DNA of 64,000 bases from an uncultured bacterium (lineage in GTDB: Bacteria > Babelota > Babeliae > Babelales > Babelaceae). The stretch is from contig OY970209.1 of the NCBI GenBank assembly GCA_963713855.1, positions 960,001 through 1,024,000 of the forward strand, read 5' to 3'. Under the pieces are notes generated by a model. That model had not been told where the DNA came from, searched no databases, and saw only the letters and a list, made by a program, of their open reading frames with translations. Position numbers and translations under genes: made by a program. Shown piece after piece: positions 37,724 through 46,919 of this stretch. Each line of letters starts with the position of its first letter. The stretch's first letter is position 1.

Positions 37724-39055
37724 CTAGCCCTTTTTTACGATTCTTGCCATGGTCTTATTTGCTACTTTAATTTGAGTTGTTGCTTGTTGTGGTATTGCGC
37801 CTGGTTTAGCTTCTGGCTGCTCGACAAAGTCTGGTTGCTCCGGCCACCAAAGGCCAGGAAGCGCCTCTATACTTGAAGCGTATGCAAACTGAGGGGAATC
37901 AGGCATTGGGTCAAGGACTACTTTAAGGCGGGCTTGTGATCCGGGTCCCGTACCCATCAAAATGGAGCCATCAGTGTTTGCCGCAAAAATTGCACAACCA
38001 CCATTCTGAGATAACATTGAAGAGCAGTAAAGCGTATCATGATCACATAATCCGCCTTCGCTTTGGCAACAGGCAAGGTTTGTCTCCGGGTCGATATGCC
38101 GTGTCAAATAAGTTAAAACGTAGAAAGCGTTTGTGCTAATGTCTCTACCGATAAAGATAACAGGTTGGCACGACGAAAAGGGATCCGTAGGAAATAGAAT
38201 AATTGTTTGAGTGCCGGAGGTACCTTGGCTGCTTAAAGCCAATGTAGGCAATGCCATGTGTCTCTTTGTTGAAAGCTGGTTTACTCTGGGATTATGCTCA
38301 TTCTTGCCAAAAAGAGAATAGCGAAGATCCGAATTGGTTCGTGTATTAGTTGATAGAAACTGTATAGGATACTCGTTACCGCCCACGGTAATATGTGGCT
38401 TTTCTCGATCGACCAAGCTAAATATAGAATTCATGAAGAAAAGGTCTCCGCTATCTAAAGCGTTGACAATAGTACCTGGGCTTGATACGACCGAACCATC
38501 AGGGTTAACCATTTGCTGATAGAGTGGTGCCGTCGTCGTAGCCATGGAGAATGATTGGTTGGTGTTATTTACAATCGTATCAAGAAAAACGTAATTGGGT
38601 GATTGTCTGCTGCCCAGTTCATTGAGCGTATCTTGTTTAACAAGCTGACTAAGTGGTCCGATAGGTGTTCCAAATCCAAATCGTGCGCTAAATGTGCCCC
38701 TTGTACAAACGACGTTGTTCATACTTCGCCGTCCCGAAGCATCCCGACACATTCCACAAGAAACAGGGTATCCCCACGGTTGCTGGCATTCGACTAGACT
38801 GCCGGGCTTTGGACCAAGCTCGGATAGGAAGGTCGAGAATCGTGGAAGCTCAGCTTGATATCCTTGTCCCTGGTCAGACGTCATAAAAAATGAGCCAGCT
38901 CCAGCATTTTTTAGTATCAGATAGCCGTAATTCGTGTGCTCAAGAAATTGGCCATTTAAGCGGACGAAGGGAGAAGGTTCTATGAGAACACTGTAAGCTA
39001 TCGCTATAAGAAGGCAAATATGTAATGTATACTTCATGGTTTTCCTATTTAACAT
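37724..39055 (-). CDS. Secreted cysteine-rich hypothetical protein
   Basis: Signal-like N-terminus and Cys clusters; ends 3 nt before the start of the 1592-aa gene. Confidence 0.8.
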   Translation of the reverse strand: MLNRKTMKYTLHICLLIAIAYSVLIEPSPFVRLNGQFLEHTNYGYLILKNAGAGSFFMTSDQGQGYQAELPRFSTFLSELGPKPGSLVECQQPWGYPVSCGMCRDASGRRSMNNVVCTRGTFSARFGFGTPIGPLSQLVKQDTLNELGSRQSPNYVFLDTIVNNTNQSFSMATTTAPLYQQMVNPDGSVVSSPGTIVNALDSGDLFFMNSIFSLVDREKPHITVGGNEYPIQFLSTNTRTNSDLRYSLFGKNEHNPRVNQLSTKRHMALPTLALSSQGTSGTQTIILFPTDPFSSCQPVIFIGRDISTNAFYVLTYLTRHIDPETNLACCQSEGGLCDHDTLYCSSMLSQNGGCAIFAANTDGSILMGTGPGSQARLKVVLDPMPDSPQFAYASSIEALPGLWWPEQPDFVEQPEAKPGAIPQQATTQIKVANKTMARIVKKG

Positions 39056-39251
39056 CGCCTAATCTCCGCTTCTAGTTAACTCTTTATTTAATTATATTAG
39101 TAAATTGCCTTGAAAGAAGTCAATTATTAAACACTTTTGAGTTAAAAAATACAAGAAACCAAACCTGCCATACTGGTAAAGTATTGATTTTTAGCCAATT
39201 TTTTTATTACCATTATTATTATTAAACGAAACTATAACGAAGGAGTAGCTT

Positions 39252-39383
39252 ATGAGTACTGAGCCCGAAGCCAAATCTGTCCCGCATTCTGATCCGTCTT
39301 CGAAAAAGAAAGACGATAAGTCAGCAAAGCCGAATCAAGCACAAGAACCAAAAAAAGATACGCGGATTCCTTGTTGTGGCTAA
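39252..39383 (+). CDS. Unannotated 43-aa hydrophilic peptide ending in Cys-Cys-Gly
   Basis: AAGGAG SD; MSTEPEAKSVPHSDPSSKKKDDKSAKPNQAQEPKKDTRIPCCG*; stop overlaps the start of the next gene. Confidence 0.65.
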   Translation: MSTEPEAKSVPHSDPSSKKKDDKSAKPNQAQEPKKDTRIPCCG

Positions 39384-40743
39384 AAGTGATAAGCACTTTG
39401 ACCTTATTATTATCGGTGGGGGTCCTGGTGGCATATCTGCTGCGTTACGTGCAGAAGAACTCAATGTAAAGACCCTTTTTGTTAATGGAGGCTTGCCTCT
39501 CGGGGGGACTTGCTTGCATATGGGTTGTGTGCCTTATAACCGGCTCATGCATGTTGCGCAATCTATGCATGATGCACAAAAAGGATTTGCTGGTATTGAG
39601 TTTCGTTTAGAGCATCTCGATTTCAAAGCTTTAATGGCCGACGTACAAGACTTAATGAACTATTGGCAAATGCAAGACGAAAAAACAATTAAGGGCTTGA
39701 AGCACGTTTATTTTAAAAAAGGGTGGGCGCACTTTGTAACTCCTTATAGTGTTAATATCGGGTCTTGTATATACTCGGCAGACGTTTTTATTATAGCCGC
39801 AGGTGCAAGTGCCTATGTGCCTCAACTAGAAGGGCTACATGCTACGGGTTTTTTGACCCATGCAGATATTTTTTCACTTAAAGAACTTCCGGATAGCCTT
39901 CTTATCATTGGTGGTGGCTCTTTTGGCCTTGAGTGTGCACAAATTTTTAATCGTTTAGGGTGCAGTGTCACCGTTATCGAAGAGTCATCTCGCCTGCTTA
40001 AAAGAGGTAATAAAGAGCTCGTCGATTCGTTAGAAAGTATATTGCGGCGTGAAGGTATTAGGTTTTGTAAAAATGTGCAAATTCAGCGCGCTTTGAACCA
40101 TAAAGGACGTAAGCTGCTACTTGTCGAAACATCTCGAGGTAGAAAAAAGTTTGAGGCGCAGGAAATTGTTGTGGCTCTTGGAAAAAAGCCTTTAACATCA
40201 CATCTTAGACTTTCTTTAGCACGCGTGGCCACAGATTGTGCTGGAGGAATCAGCGTTGACGCTTATTTAAAAACAAGTGAGCCCCATATTTTTGCCGTAG
40301 GGGACGTACTTTCGATACCAATGCGCATCGAAACAACGGCCGTAAAAGAGGGAAGAATGGCAGTTGATAACGCTTTTAACAACGCAAAGCAGACGATCGA
40401 TTATACTCTTATACCTTACAGTCTATCGACTGATCCCGCGCTTTCATTTGTTGGCATTGGAAAAAGCGATAAGGACCATTACACAATCTCGCTGCCCATG
40501 GAGTATGTGACCTACGCTAGTATTGTTGGATATACTGAAGGGTCGGTAAAATTGTTTGTACATAGTAAAACAGAGCGTATCTGTGGCCTGCATATGCTCG
40601 CAAGAGGCTCTCAAGAAGTTATTTCGCACGCGGCCTCACTTATACACGCACGCACAACTCTTTATGATATACAGAATTCGACATTTGTTTTTCCATCATA
40701 TGCCCACGTATTTAAAATGCTTGCCTCTCAACGTAAAAGTTAA
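39376..40743 (+). CDS. Pyridine nucleotide-disulfide oxidoreductase (MerA/Lpd-like), divergent
   Basis: IIGGGPGG, GGTCLHMGCVP redox disulfide, IGGG..GLE, IFAVGDV; no C-terminal CC and no HPT. Confidence 0.88.
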   Translation: MAKSDKHFDLIIIGGGPGGISAALRAEELNVKTLFVNGGLPLGGTCLHMGCVPYNRLMHVAQSMHDAQKGFAGIEFRLEHLDFKALMADVQDLMNYWQMQDEKTIKGLKHVYFKKGWAHFVTPYSVNIGSCIYSADVFIIAAGASAYVPQLEGLHATGFLTHADIFSLKELPDSLLIIGGGSFGLECAQIFNRLGCSVTVIEESSRLLKRGNKELVDSLESILRREGIRFCKNVQIQRALNHKGRKLLLVETSRGRKKFEAQEIVVALGKKPLTSHLRLSLARVATDCAGGISVDAYLKTSEPHIFAVGDVLSIPMRIETTAVKEGRMAVDNAFNNAKQTIDYTLIPYSLSTDPALSFVGIGKSDKDHYTISLPMEYVTYASIVGYTEGSVKLFVHSKTERICGLHMLARGSQEVISHAASLIHARTTLYDIQNSTFVFPSYAHVFKMLASQRKS

Positions 40744-41567
40744 TAGTTGAGGTCATGAATTTTCTCCTGAATGAATGTGAGAATGTCAGGCGAGAACGAA
40801 GGGTTTCTCAGCGCAGTATCAAGAGTTGCTTTGAGCCAACCACAAGGCGTTCCAACGTCATGTCGCTCTCCTTGTATTTTGTATGCAAGCACTCTGTGAT
40901 GAGTCTTTTGTACAAGATATGAAAGAGCATCGCTTAATTGTATCTCCCCCTGCGCTGAGGGAGCTATAGCCTTTAATGCGTCCATAAGAGGGGGAAAGAC
41001 TACGTACCTACCGACAATAGCAAAATTTGAAGGCGCTTTAGCAATGGCTGGCTTTTCAACGATGTCCTCCACCTGAAAGATACCCTCTTCTAATTTCTTT
41101 CCTACTTTAATAACGCCATAGTTTGGCAAATCGGATTGTTTGACTTCCAGCACTGCGACAACGGTTGCATTCTCTTTTTGAGCAACGTCAATAAGGTTTT
41201 TAAGCTCCGGTAAGTGGCCCAAAATAATATCATCGGGTAATAGTATCGCAAAGGGCTCCTTTTGCACGTATTGCTCGGCTTTTAGGATAGCATGACCCAG
41301 CCCAAGAGGTTGCGCTTGGTTGATGTAGCTATAGGTGGCTTTTTTGAGGTGTCGTAACTCCGGGCTTTCTGATTGCAAATAGTTTGCAATAGCTTGTTTT
41401 CGCTTGTTTATTATGATGCCAAAATGCTCAATGTTACTTGCTAACGCCTCTTCAATAACGTATTGAAGGGCTGGCTTATTCATGAGGGGTAAAAGCTCTT
41501 TTGGCACGGCGTTTGTAAGAGGTAAAAAACGTGTTCCTAGTCCTGCAGCGGGGATAATAGCCTTCAT
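40740..41567 (-). CDS. galU: UTP--glucose-1-phosphate uridylyltransferase
   Basis: KAIIPAAGLGTRFLP.T..PKELLP, Q..PLGLGHA, LLPDD, VEKP, GEIQLSDA. Confidence 0.93.
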   Translation of the reverse strand: MKAIIPAAGLGTRFLPLTNAVPKELLPLMNKPALQYVIEEALASNIEHFGIIINKRKQAIANYLQSESPELRHLKKATYSYINQAQPLGLGHAILKAEQYVQKEPFAILLPDDIILGHLPELKNLIDVAQKENATVVAVLEVKQSDLPNYGVIKVGKKLEEGIFQVEDIVEKPAIAKAPSNFAIVGRYVVFPPLMDALKAIAPSAQGEIQLSDALSYLVQKTHHRVLAYKIQGERHDVGTPCGWLKATLDTALRNPSFSPDILTFIQEKIHDLNY

Positions 41568-41635
41568 ACTGTTTACTCGCTTTTGATAGTTTAAGCTGGC
41601 ATCCAGTATAGCTCAAAAAATCGCATCATCAGTTT

Positions 41636-42814
41636 TTAAAGTTCCTCTTTTTGTTGAGGTTTTTGGCCTTTGAAAGCTTCATTAAGTATTTCTTCAAGAG
41701 TTTCAGGCCTCAGTTCTTTAATCGAATCACTATTTAGGCAATCTTGATAATGTAGCATTATGAAAGAGTGCTTTTGTTCATCACAGAAAAAGCCTGAGTC
41801 AAAAGCCACTTCATAACCTTCTAGCTTTAACATTTCGACAAGATTCATCGTATGTAGCCCGCCGATATTTAAGATTACATTTTCGGCGGCATCTGGTGAG
41901 AGAATAATCTTTAAAAGCTCGTGGTCAAGCGAGGGCAGAAATTTGTAAGAATCGAGCGCTTCTATGAGCTTTTGTGCGTCATCTATGTATCTATGGCCAT
42001 AATAGATAAAATTGTCCAAGATCGATTTTTTACCCAAAATTCCAAACTTTTTTAAAAAATCATCCCAGGCATTTTTATAAACCACAAATGTATCATGAGT
42101 TTTGCTGATTGCTTGTTTGTTTTCGGGATGAACAACGTAGGTTTCTACGTCGTTCGCCGTTTTTATCATATCATTAAGGTCTTTGATAAGATTTTGAGCA
42201 AAATTATTCGGTGACAACTTAAGCGAAGCTTTAGAAAGAGCGCGGCACTTTGTTGCAAGAGCCAAGGCATTCGGATATTTGGCTTCATATGCCTGAATGA
42301 GCATTATGAGAATTTGAAGGATATTGTCGAGGTTTTTTCTAGGCTCAATCATTTGTATGTTTTCGAGGTCAAGAAATTGAGCAAGAAACACAATGCTTCC
42401 TAGAGCCATTTGATCCGCTACCTGTTTTTCAAGATGCGTTTTTTGTTCTGCAGTGCAATCGTCAGCGGTAAATCCTTCTAAGATGCACTTGCATACGAGT
42501 GTTAAAACAAGATCCTGGTCAAGCACTTTCTTTTGATCGACGTTATCTGTAGCGAGTACGATAGTAGCGGGTCCAGATGCCTGGATTCTTTTGAAAAAAC
42601 TTTTTAGTACGAGTGCTTGATCATGGACTATCTTTTTAGCTTTCTCCATGGTCAAGTGCTTCGGTAATGACCAGGGCCGTAGATGCCGATGGCTGATACA
42701 CCAAACATACTTAGAAGATCCTGATAATTCCCTTTTTTTTAAAACGGTGACATTCACAACAGTAGCTTTTAAGGTGAGTGTTACGCATAAGCCGAGAAAC
42801 AGTAAGTATTTCAT
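41636..42814 (-). CDS. Hypothetical secreted protein
   Basis: Signal peptide; 392-aa ORF; SHRH and GGLH His motifs. Confidence 0.8.
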   Translation of the reverse strand: MKYLLFLGLCVTLTLKATVVNVTVLKKRELSGSSKYVWCISHRHLRPWSLPKHLTMEKAKKIVHDQALVLKSFFKRIQASGPATIVLATDNVDQKKVLDQDLVLTLVCKCILEGFTADDCTAEQKTHLEKQVADQMALGSIVFLAQFLDLENIQMIEPRKNLDNILQILIMLIQAYEAKYPNALALATKCRALSKASLKLSPNNFAQNLIKDLNDMIKTANDVETYVVHPENKQAISKTHDTFVVYKNAWDDFLKKFGILGKKSILDNFIYYGHRYIDDAQKLIEALDSYKFLPSLDHELLKIILSPDAAENVILNIGGLHTMNLVEMLKLEGYEVAFDSGFFCDEQKHSFIMLHYQDCLNSDSIKELRPETLEEILNEAFKGQKPQQKEEL

Positions 42815-42884
42815 ATGGTGCCCTTCGTACTGATAGTACGAATGAGTATACCCTATTTGTACTTAACCGTATATTTCTTTTTCT

Positions 42885-43556
42885 CTAATCTTTTGTCTCT
42901 TTGAGCTTATGTACATAAGCTGTTGTGTTGCTTGACCAGGTCATGGGAACGGTAAGCTCTTTTACGCGCTCAAAGTGCTCGTTTTCAGGAAGTTGAGTCA
43001 GAGTGACAAGGCGAAGGCCAGGTTTTAATTGAGCTAACTTGTCCACTATTTTTTTCATAAAATCTGTTGAAAAACAGGTTGATGAAATGTAAATAATGGT
43101 AGCGTCATCTAGAGGCGTATCAAGCATACTTTGTTCTTTAAAATGAATTTCTTTTTGAGGAAGTGTGCCGTTTTGAGCTACGAGCTTTTCTCTTACTTTT
43201 TGTGCATACCGTACGCGCGAAGGAGCGAGCTCTATGCCGATGCTTTTTTTGGCCGGTGTATCAAGGTACATTTGTAAGACAAATTTTCCAACACCGCAGC
43301 CCAGATCGTAAAAAACATCGTCTTTTGTTACACCTAGCTGACTCGCAACAAGAGCGGCTCCCTCAGGGGTTATTTCCCCGTATGTTGGGCTTGATCCATG
43401 GTCTGTAACGATTTTTTGTTCGCTTGCATCAATGCCATAGCCAGCCCTATCGTCATAGAGCTTGCTAATAAGCTTCTTGGTCTCTTCTATTGGGAGTGTT
43501 AGTGCCGTCATACTAAATACCGTTGTGTACAAGATCGTTTTTACAAAACGAATCAT
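42885..43556 (-). CDS. SAM-dependent methyltransferase, DOT1-like, with signal peptide
   Basis: SPTYGEI, DDVFYDLGCGVGK, GIEL, ATIIYISSTCF, LKPGLRLVT. Confidence 0.8.
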   Translation of the reverse strand: MIRFVKTILYTTVFSMTALTLPIEETKKLISKLYDDRAGYGIDASEQKIVTDHGSSPTYGEITPEGAALVASQLGVTKDDVFYDLGCGVGKFVLQMYLDTPAKKSIGIELAPSRVRYAQKVREKLVAQNGTLPQKEIHFKEQSMLDTPLDDATIIYISSTCFSTDFMKKIVDKLAQLKPGLRLVTLTQLPENEHFERVKELTVPMTWSSNTTAYVHKLKETKD

Positions 43557-43698
43557 AAGTATACCTCGTCTGGTTTAGTTAATCCTTTACCAGTTTACTC
43601 ATTAACATTTTATAATTGCAATGATTTTTTAAAATCTGCAAGAATTTATTTTAAAAAATATAATTTATGGGTTGAACGTTTAAAAGGAGAGTTAAACG

Positions 43699-45177
43699 TC
43701 AAACGGCATAAGCAAGAGATGCCCAGAAGGTTGAATTGTGTTGATGAAATCTATGCTCAGCTGGTCCAGTGTGTGAGAATGCGTAGAGGTAACCTAAAGT
43801 GATCGAAATAGGTGCCGAAAACAGCGAAGAATCATATGAGTACTTGAATGCAAAGGAGTGCTGAATGCCGCGCGGCGACAAATCCCTTATATTTACTTTG
43901 GCTCTGCTATTTTCAATTGTTTCGTTCCGACTTTCGCTATGGGCGAATGTAGGATTGTACGAAAGAATAAAATGGTGTTTTTCATCAGGGTCAAAAGTGG
44001 TGTCAAAGGTAATAAGAAGATCGACGTAATTACCAGGCTCCGTCTTAAAATGACCTATCGGGTCCTTTCTATAATCATTAATTGTAACATCTCGTTTAAA
44101 AAAATGGAGCCAGCGCACGGCAGTATGTAGCGTATACGTCAAGTAATCATTAGGGGTAAAGAGAAACGTCGAATCAGCTCTAAGACCAGCGCTTAAATGG
44201 GGAACGACTATAAAATCATTGCTCACGCCAGAATCTTTATGAAGCCCGGAAAGGCCAAAAAGCCCTTTTAGTGAACCCCATCCTAATGGACCAGTTACGA
44301 TCTTTCCTATGCCAAAAATAGCATCGGAAAATCCAACATGCGTACGGGTAACGGTATTCGAAGCGAGCGTTTCATCATTTCGGTGAAAAAAGTGATACCT
44401 TTTACCAGAAATGGAACCAATATAATCAAGATCTATTCCAAGCAGTTTGTAATGCCACCGGAAAATAAGACCACGCTCATCTTGGTCGCAATGACCATCA
44501 AAAAAATGCACTTTTTCAACTTGTGCAAAGGGTGCAAAGGCGTAATGGGCTGTGTGTGGTACACACTCTTCTACGATATGCGGTTTTAAAGATTCTTCGA
44601 ATGCGAGTCTAAAAACGGGTGATTGAGTTGTGCTCGAAAGGAAGAAAAATGATGCTTCATACTTCAACGTATCAGTATCGTCATCCCAGTTAAAATTGAA
44701 TGAACGAAATTTGCGAAAAAATGACTCGAAAAAATCTTTTTTTGTATCTTGTTTCTCGGATGTGTCCTCTTTTTTGTTAAAAGAGGAATCCGTTTGTCCT
44801 GATTTATCTTTAAAAGGAAAATCTGAAAAAGAAACATCGCAGTTACAATAAAGGTGAGCCGAGTCCTCAGGTTGCATACAAATGCCTGTTTTTTCAGGTG
44901 AGCATGAGCAGACTTCATAGCTTCTCGAGCATTGTTCATCTTTGCCCTTGAGCTTTGCACAGGCTTGGGCCACTTTTACGTAATCAGCTGAGTTTCCACC
45001 GTTGTTAGGGTTGTCAGGGTGGGTTTTACCGAGCAGTCTTCGGCATGCCCTACCTATCTCTTTGTCGGTAGCATTTTTTGCGATACCAAGAACTCTGTAT
45101 GGGTCTATAAAAGCAAATGTTTTAAAGGAAACAAGTACCAGGAGTAGTAATAGGTTATACTTTTTGAACATCGTCAT
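43699..45177 (-). CDS. Exported J-domain (DnaJ-like) protein with Cys-rich linker and beta-rich C-terminal domain
   Basis: Signal peptide, DPYRVLGI...THPD, then amphipathic beta strands ending FWASLAYAV; start uncertain (45177/45171). Confidence 0.8.
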   Translation of the reverse strand: MTMFKKYNLLLLLVLVSFKTFAFIDPYRVLGIAKNATDKEIGRACRRLLGKTHPDNPNNGGNSADYVKVAQACAKLKGKDEQCSRSYEVCSCSPEKTGICMQPEDSAHLYCNCDVSFSDFPFKDKSGQTDSSFNKKEDTSEKQDTKKDFFESFFRKFRSFNFNWDDDTDTLKYEASFFFLSSTTQSPVFRLAFEESLKPHIVEECVPHTAHYAFAPFAQVEKVHFFDGHCDQDERGLIFRWHYKLLGIDLDYIGSISGKRYHFFHRNDETLASNTVTRTHVGFSDAIFGIGKIVTGPLGWGSLKGLFGLSGLHKDSGVSNDFIVVPHLSAGLRADSTFLFTPNDYLTYTLHTAVRWLHFFKRDVTINDYRKDPIGHFKTEPGNYVDLLITFDTTFDPDEKHHFILSYNPTFAHSESRNETIENSRAKVNIRDLSPRGIQHSFAFKYSYDSSLFSAPISITLGYLYAFSHTGPAEHRFHQHNSTFWASLAYAV

Positions 45178-45405
45178 AGGGCAAGTCTCATGTTTTATTT
45201 TGCTACACTTGTCCACATTTTACCATACTATTGTTTGATTTTCTATCAGCCTTTTTAGATTCAAAAACCTTTTTGTGAAAGATAAAAAAGTTCATCTTTC
45301 ATGGTCTTAACGTTAAAAATTGATTCGAATAGTTAAGCTTTACAAGAATAACGCTTCATGTAATATATTTCTTGCAATCAGTGATTCGTTATATTACCAG
45401 GAGGA

Positions 45406-45804
45406 ATGTTCATGAAAAAGCTTCTTATGGGTATTGCTTTGTGCTTAGCGTTCTTAGGTAACTGCTTTGTTGTGGCAGATAACATGGCCATCAAAGTTAT
45501 TTTAGAAGGCCAAACTCTTATCGATGATGAATTTCCCTTTTTGCTTAACGAGGCCCAAAGAACTGCAGTTTCTGAAACTGACGGTACTATCTATACTTTT
45601 TGGTTTAAAGTAACTGAAGATGAAAAAGCCCATGATGATGAATCAGTCATTATTTATGCAACACTCACGAAGCAAAATGTTGGCGGCAAGCTCGAAATTA
45701 TAGCAAGTCCAGTTATTTCCGCTTCTTGGAATGATCAGGCATCGATTCAAATGAGTAATACTAGCGGCGAGAATACTGCAATCATTTTAGAGCCTAAAAG
45801 ATAA
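45406..45804 (+). CDS. Secreted hypothetical protein (paralogue 1)
   Basis: AGGAGG SD, signal peptide; FKVTED, YATL and GKL shared with 46083-46496. Confidence 0.8.
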   Translation: MFMKKLLMGIALCLAFLGNCFVVADNMAIKVILEGQTLIDDEFPFLLNEAQRTAVSETDGTIYTFWFKVTEDEKAHDDESVIIYATLTKQNVGGKLEIIASPVISASWNDQASIQMSNTSGENTAIILEPKR

Positions 45805-45855
45805 TTGCTTTTTATTCGCCTATCGAACCGGTGACAATCTAACTTTACCTTATAC

Positions 45856-45886
45856 GAAAGAGCTGAGATACAACTTCAGCTCTTTC
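45856..45886 (+). terminator. Terminator hairpin
   Basis: GAAAGAGCTGA...TCAGCTCTTTC. Confidence 0.65.
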
Positions 45887-46082
45887 TGCCATTTAAAAGA
45901 TTTAATCGCCTTGCCAGATTCAAAACTTCTAGGATAAATATTAAGGTGCCATATCCCATGCTGCAGCACATATAGTCGGTGGCTTTTACTTGCGCCTAAA
46001 ACTTGCTTTCATATAATAGAAACTCGACTAAAGGCGGTATGCCGTGTAAGCTATCTTCCAAAACGTATGTCCACTTTAGGAA

Positions 46083-46496
46083 ATGTTTATGAAAAAGTTC
46101 ATAGGTCTTGCTTTATGCCTGGCTTTCGCGGGCAACAATTATTTATCTGCAGATAGCTTAGCCGTCAAGGTTGTTTTAGACGGAAAGACTATTATTGATG
46201 TCGAAAAAGTATTTTTGCTTGATCGAATTGAGCAGATAGGGATTGCTGGAACCGATGGTAAAGTCTATATTTTTGAGTTTAAAGTAACTGAAGATCTGGA
46301 CTATCGTATCGCGGAAGCCGTTACTGTTTATGCAACACTTTCAAAGCTAAGTTCCGATGGTAAACTCGATCTTATAGAAGCTACAATTATCACCACTCTT
46401 TGGAACCATCAAGCGTTGTATTCGGCTTGGGACAGTGAGGCCAATAAGAACATATCAACGTTCATCGTATCACCTAGAAAGACGATTTCTGTCTGA
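46083..46496 (+). CDS. Secreted hypothetical protein (paralogue 2)
   Basis: MFMKKFIGLALCLAF; aligns with 45406-45804. Confidence 0.8.
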   Translation: MFMKKFIGLALCLAFAGNNYLSADSLAVKVVLDGKTIIDVEKVFLLDRIEQIGIAGTDGKVYIFEFKVTEDLDYRIAEAVTVYATLSKLSSDGKLDLIEATIITTLWNHQALYSAWDSEANKNISTFIVSPRKTISV

Positions 46497-46544
46497 ACTC
46501 TTTTATCTATAGGGTGGTAGCTATTTTTTAAAAGAAAGGAAGCT

Positions 46545-46919
46545 GTGCAAAAAGTGCTTATCGTTAACGTTTTATCTCCCGAAACGTACGCTGATTGCCA
46601 TATTCCTGGCTCGGTTAACGTTCCTTTGGCAAATTTGGAGCGTGAATCGAAGCTTTGGAATAAGGATCAGTCAATCATCGTCTACTGTGCGAATTATGAA
46701 TGTCCCGCGGGAAACAAAGCGTGGCATCTCCTTGACGGGTTAGGGTTTAAAAATGTGAGGGAATACGAGGGCGGCATGAATGAGTGGTATCAAAAAAAAT
46801 ATCCCGTTCAAGGCTCTTGTAAGGCTGAATATTTAAAAAAACCTGTTGCAAAAACGGAAGGCCATGATGGAAAGGTCAAGACTATAACGCATGAAGCGTT
46901 AAAAAAGCTTATTTCTTAG
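46545..46919 (+). CDS. Rhodanese-like domain protein
   Basis: HIPGSVNVP, IIVYCANYEC, YEGGMNEW. Confidence 0.88.
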   Translation: MQKVLIVNVLSPETYADCHIPGSVNVPLANLERESKLWNKDQSIIVYCANYECPAGNKAWHLLDGLGFKNVREYEGGMNEWYQKKYPVQGSCKAEYLKKPVAKTEGHDGKVKTITHEALKKLIS

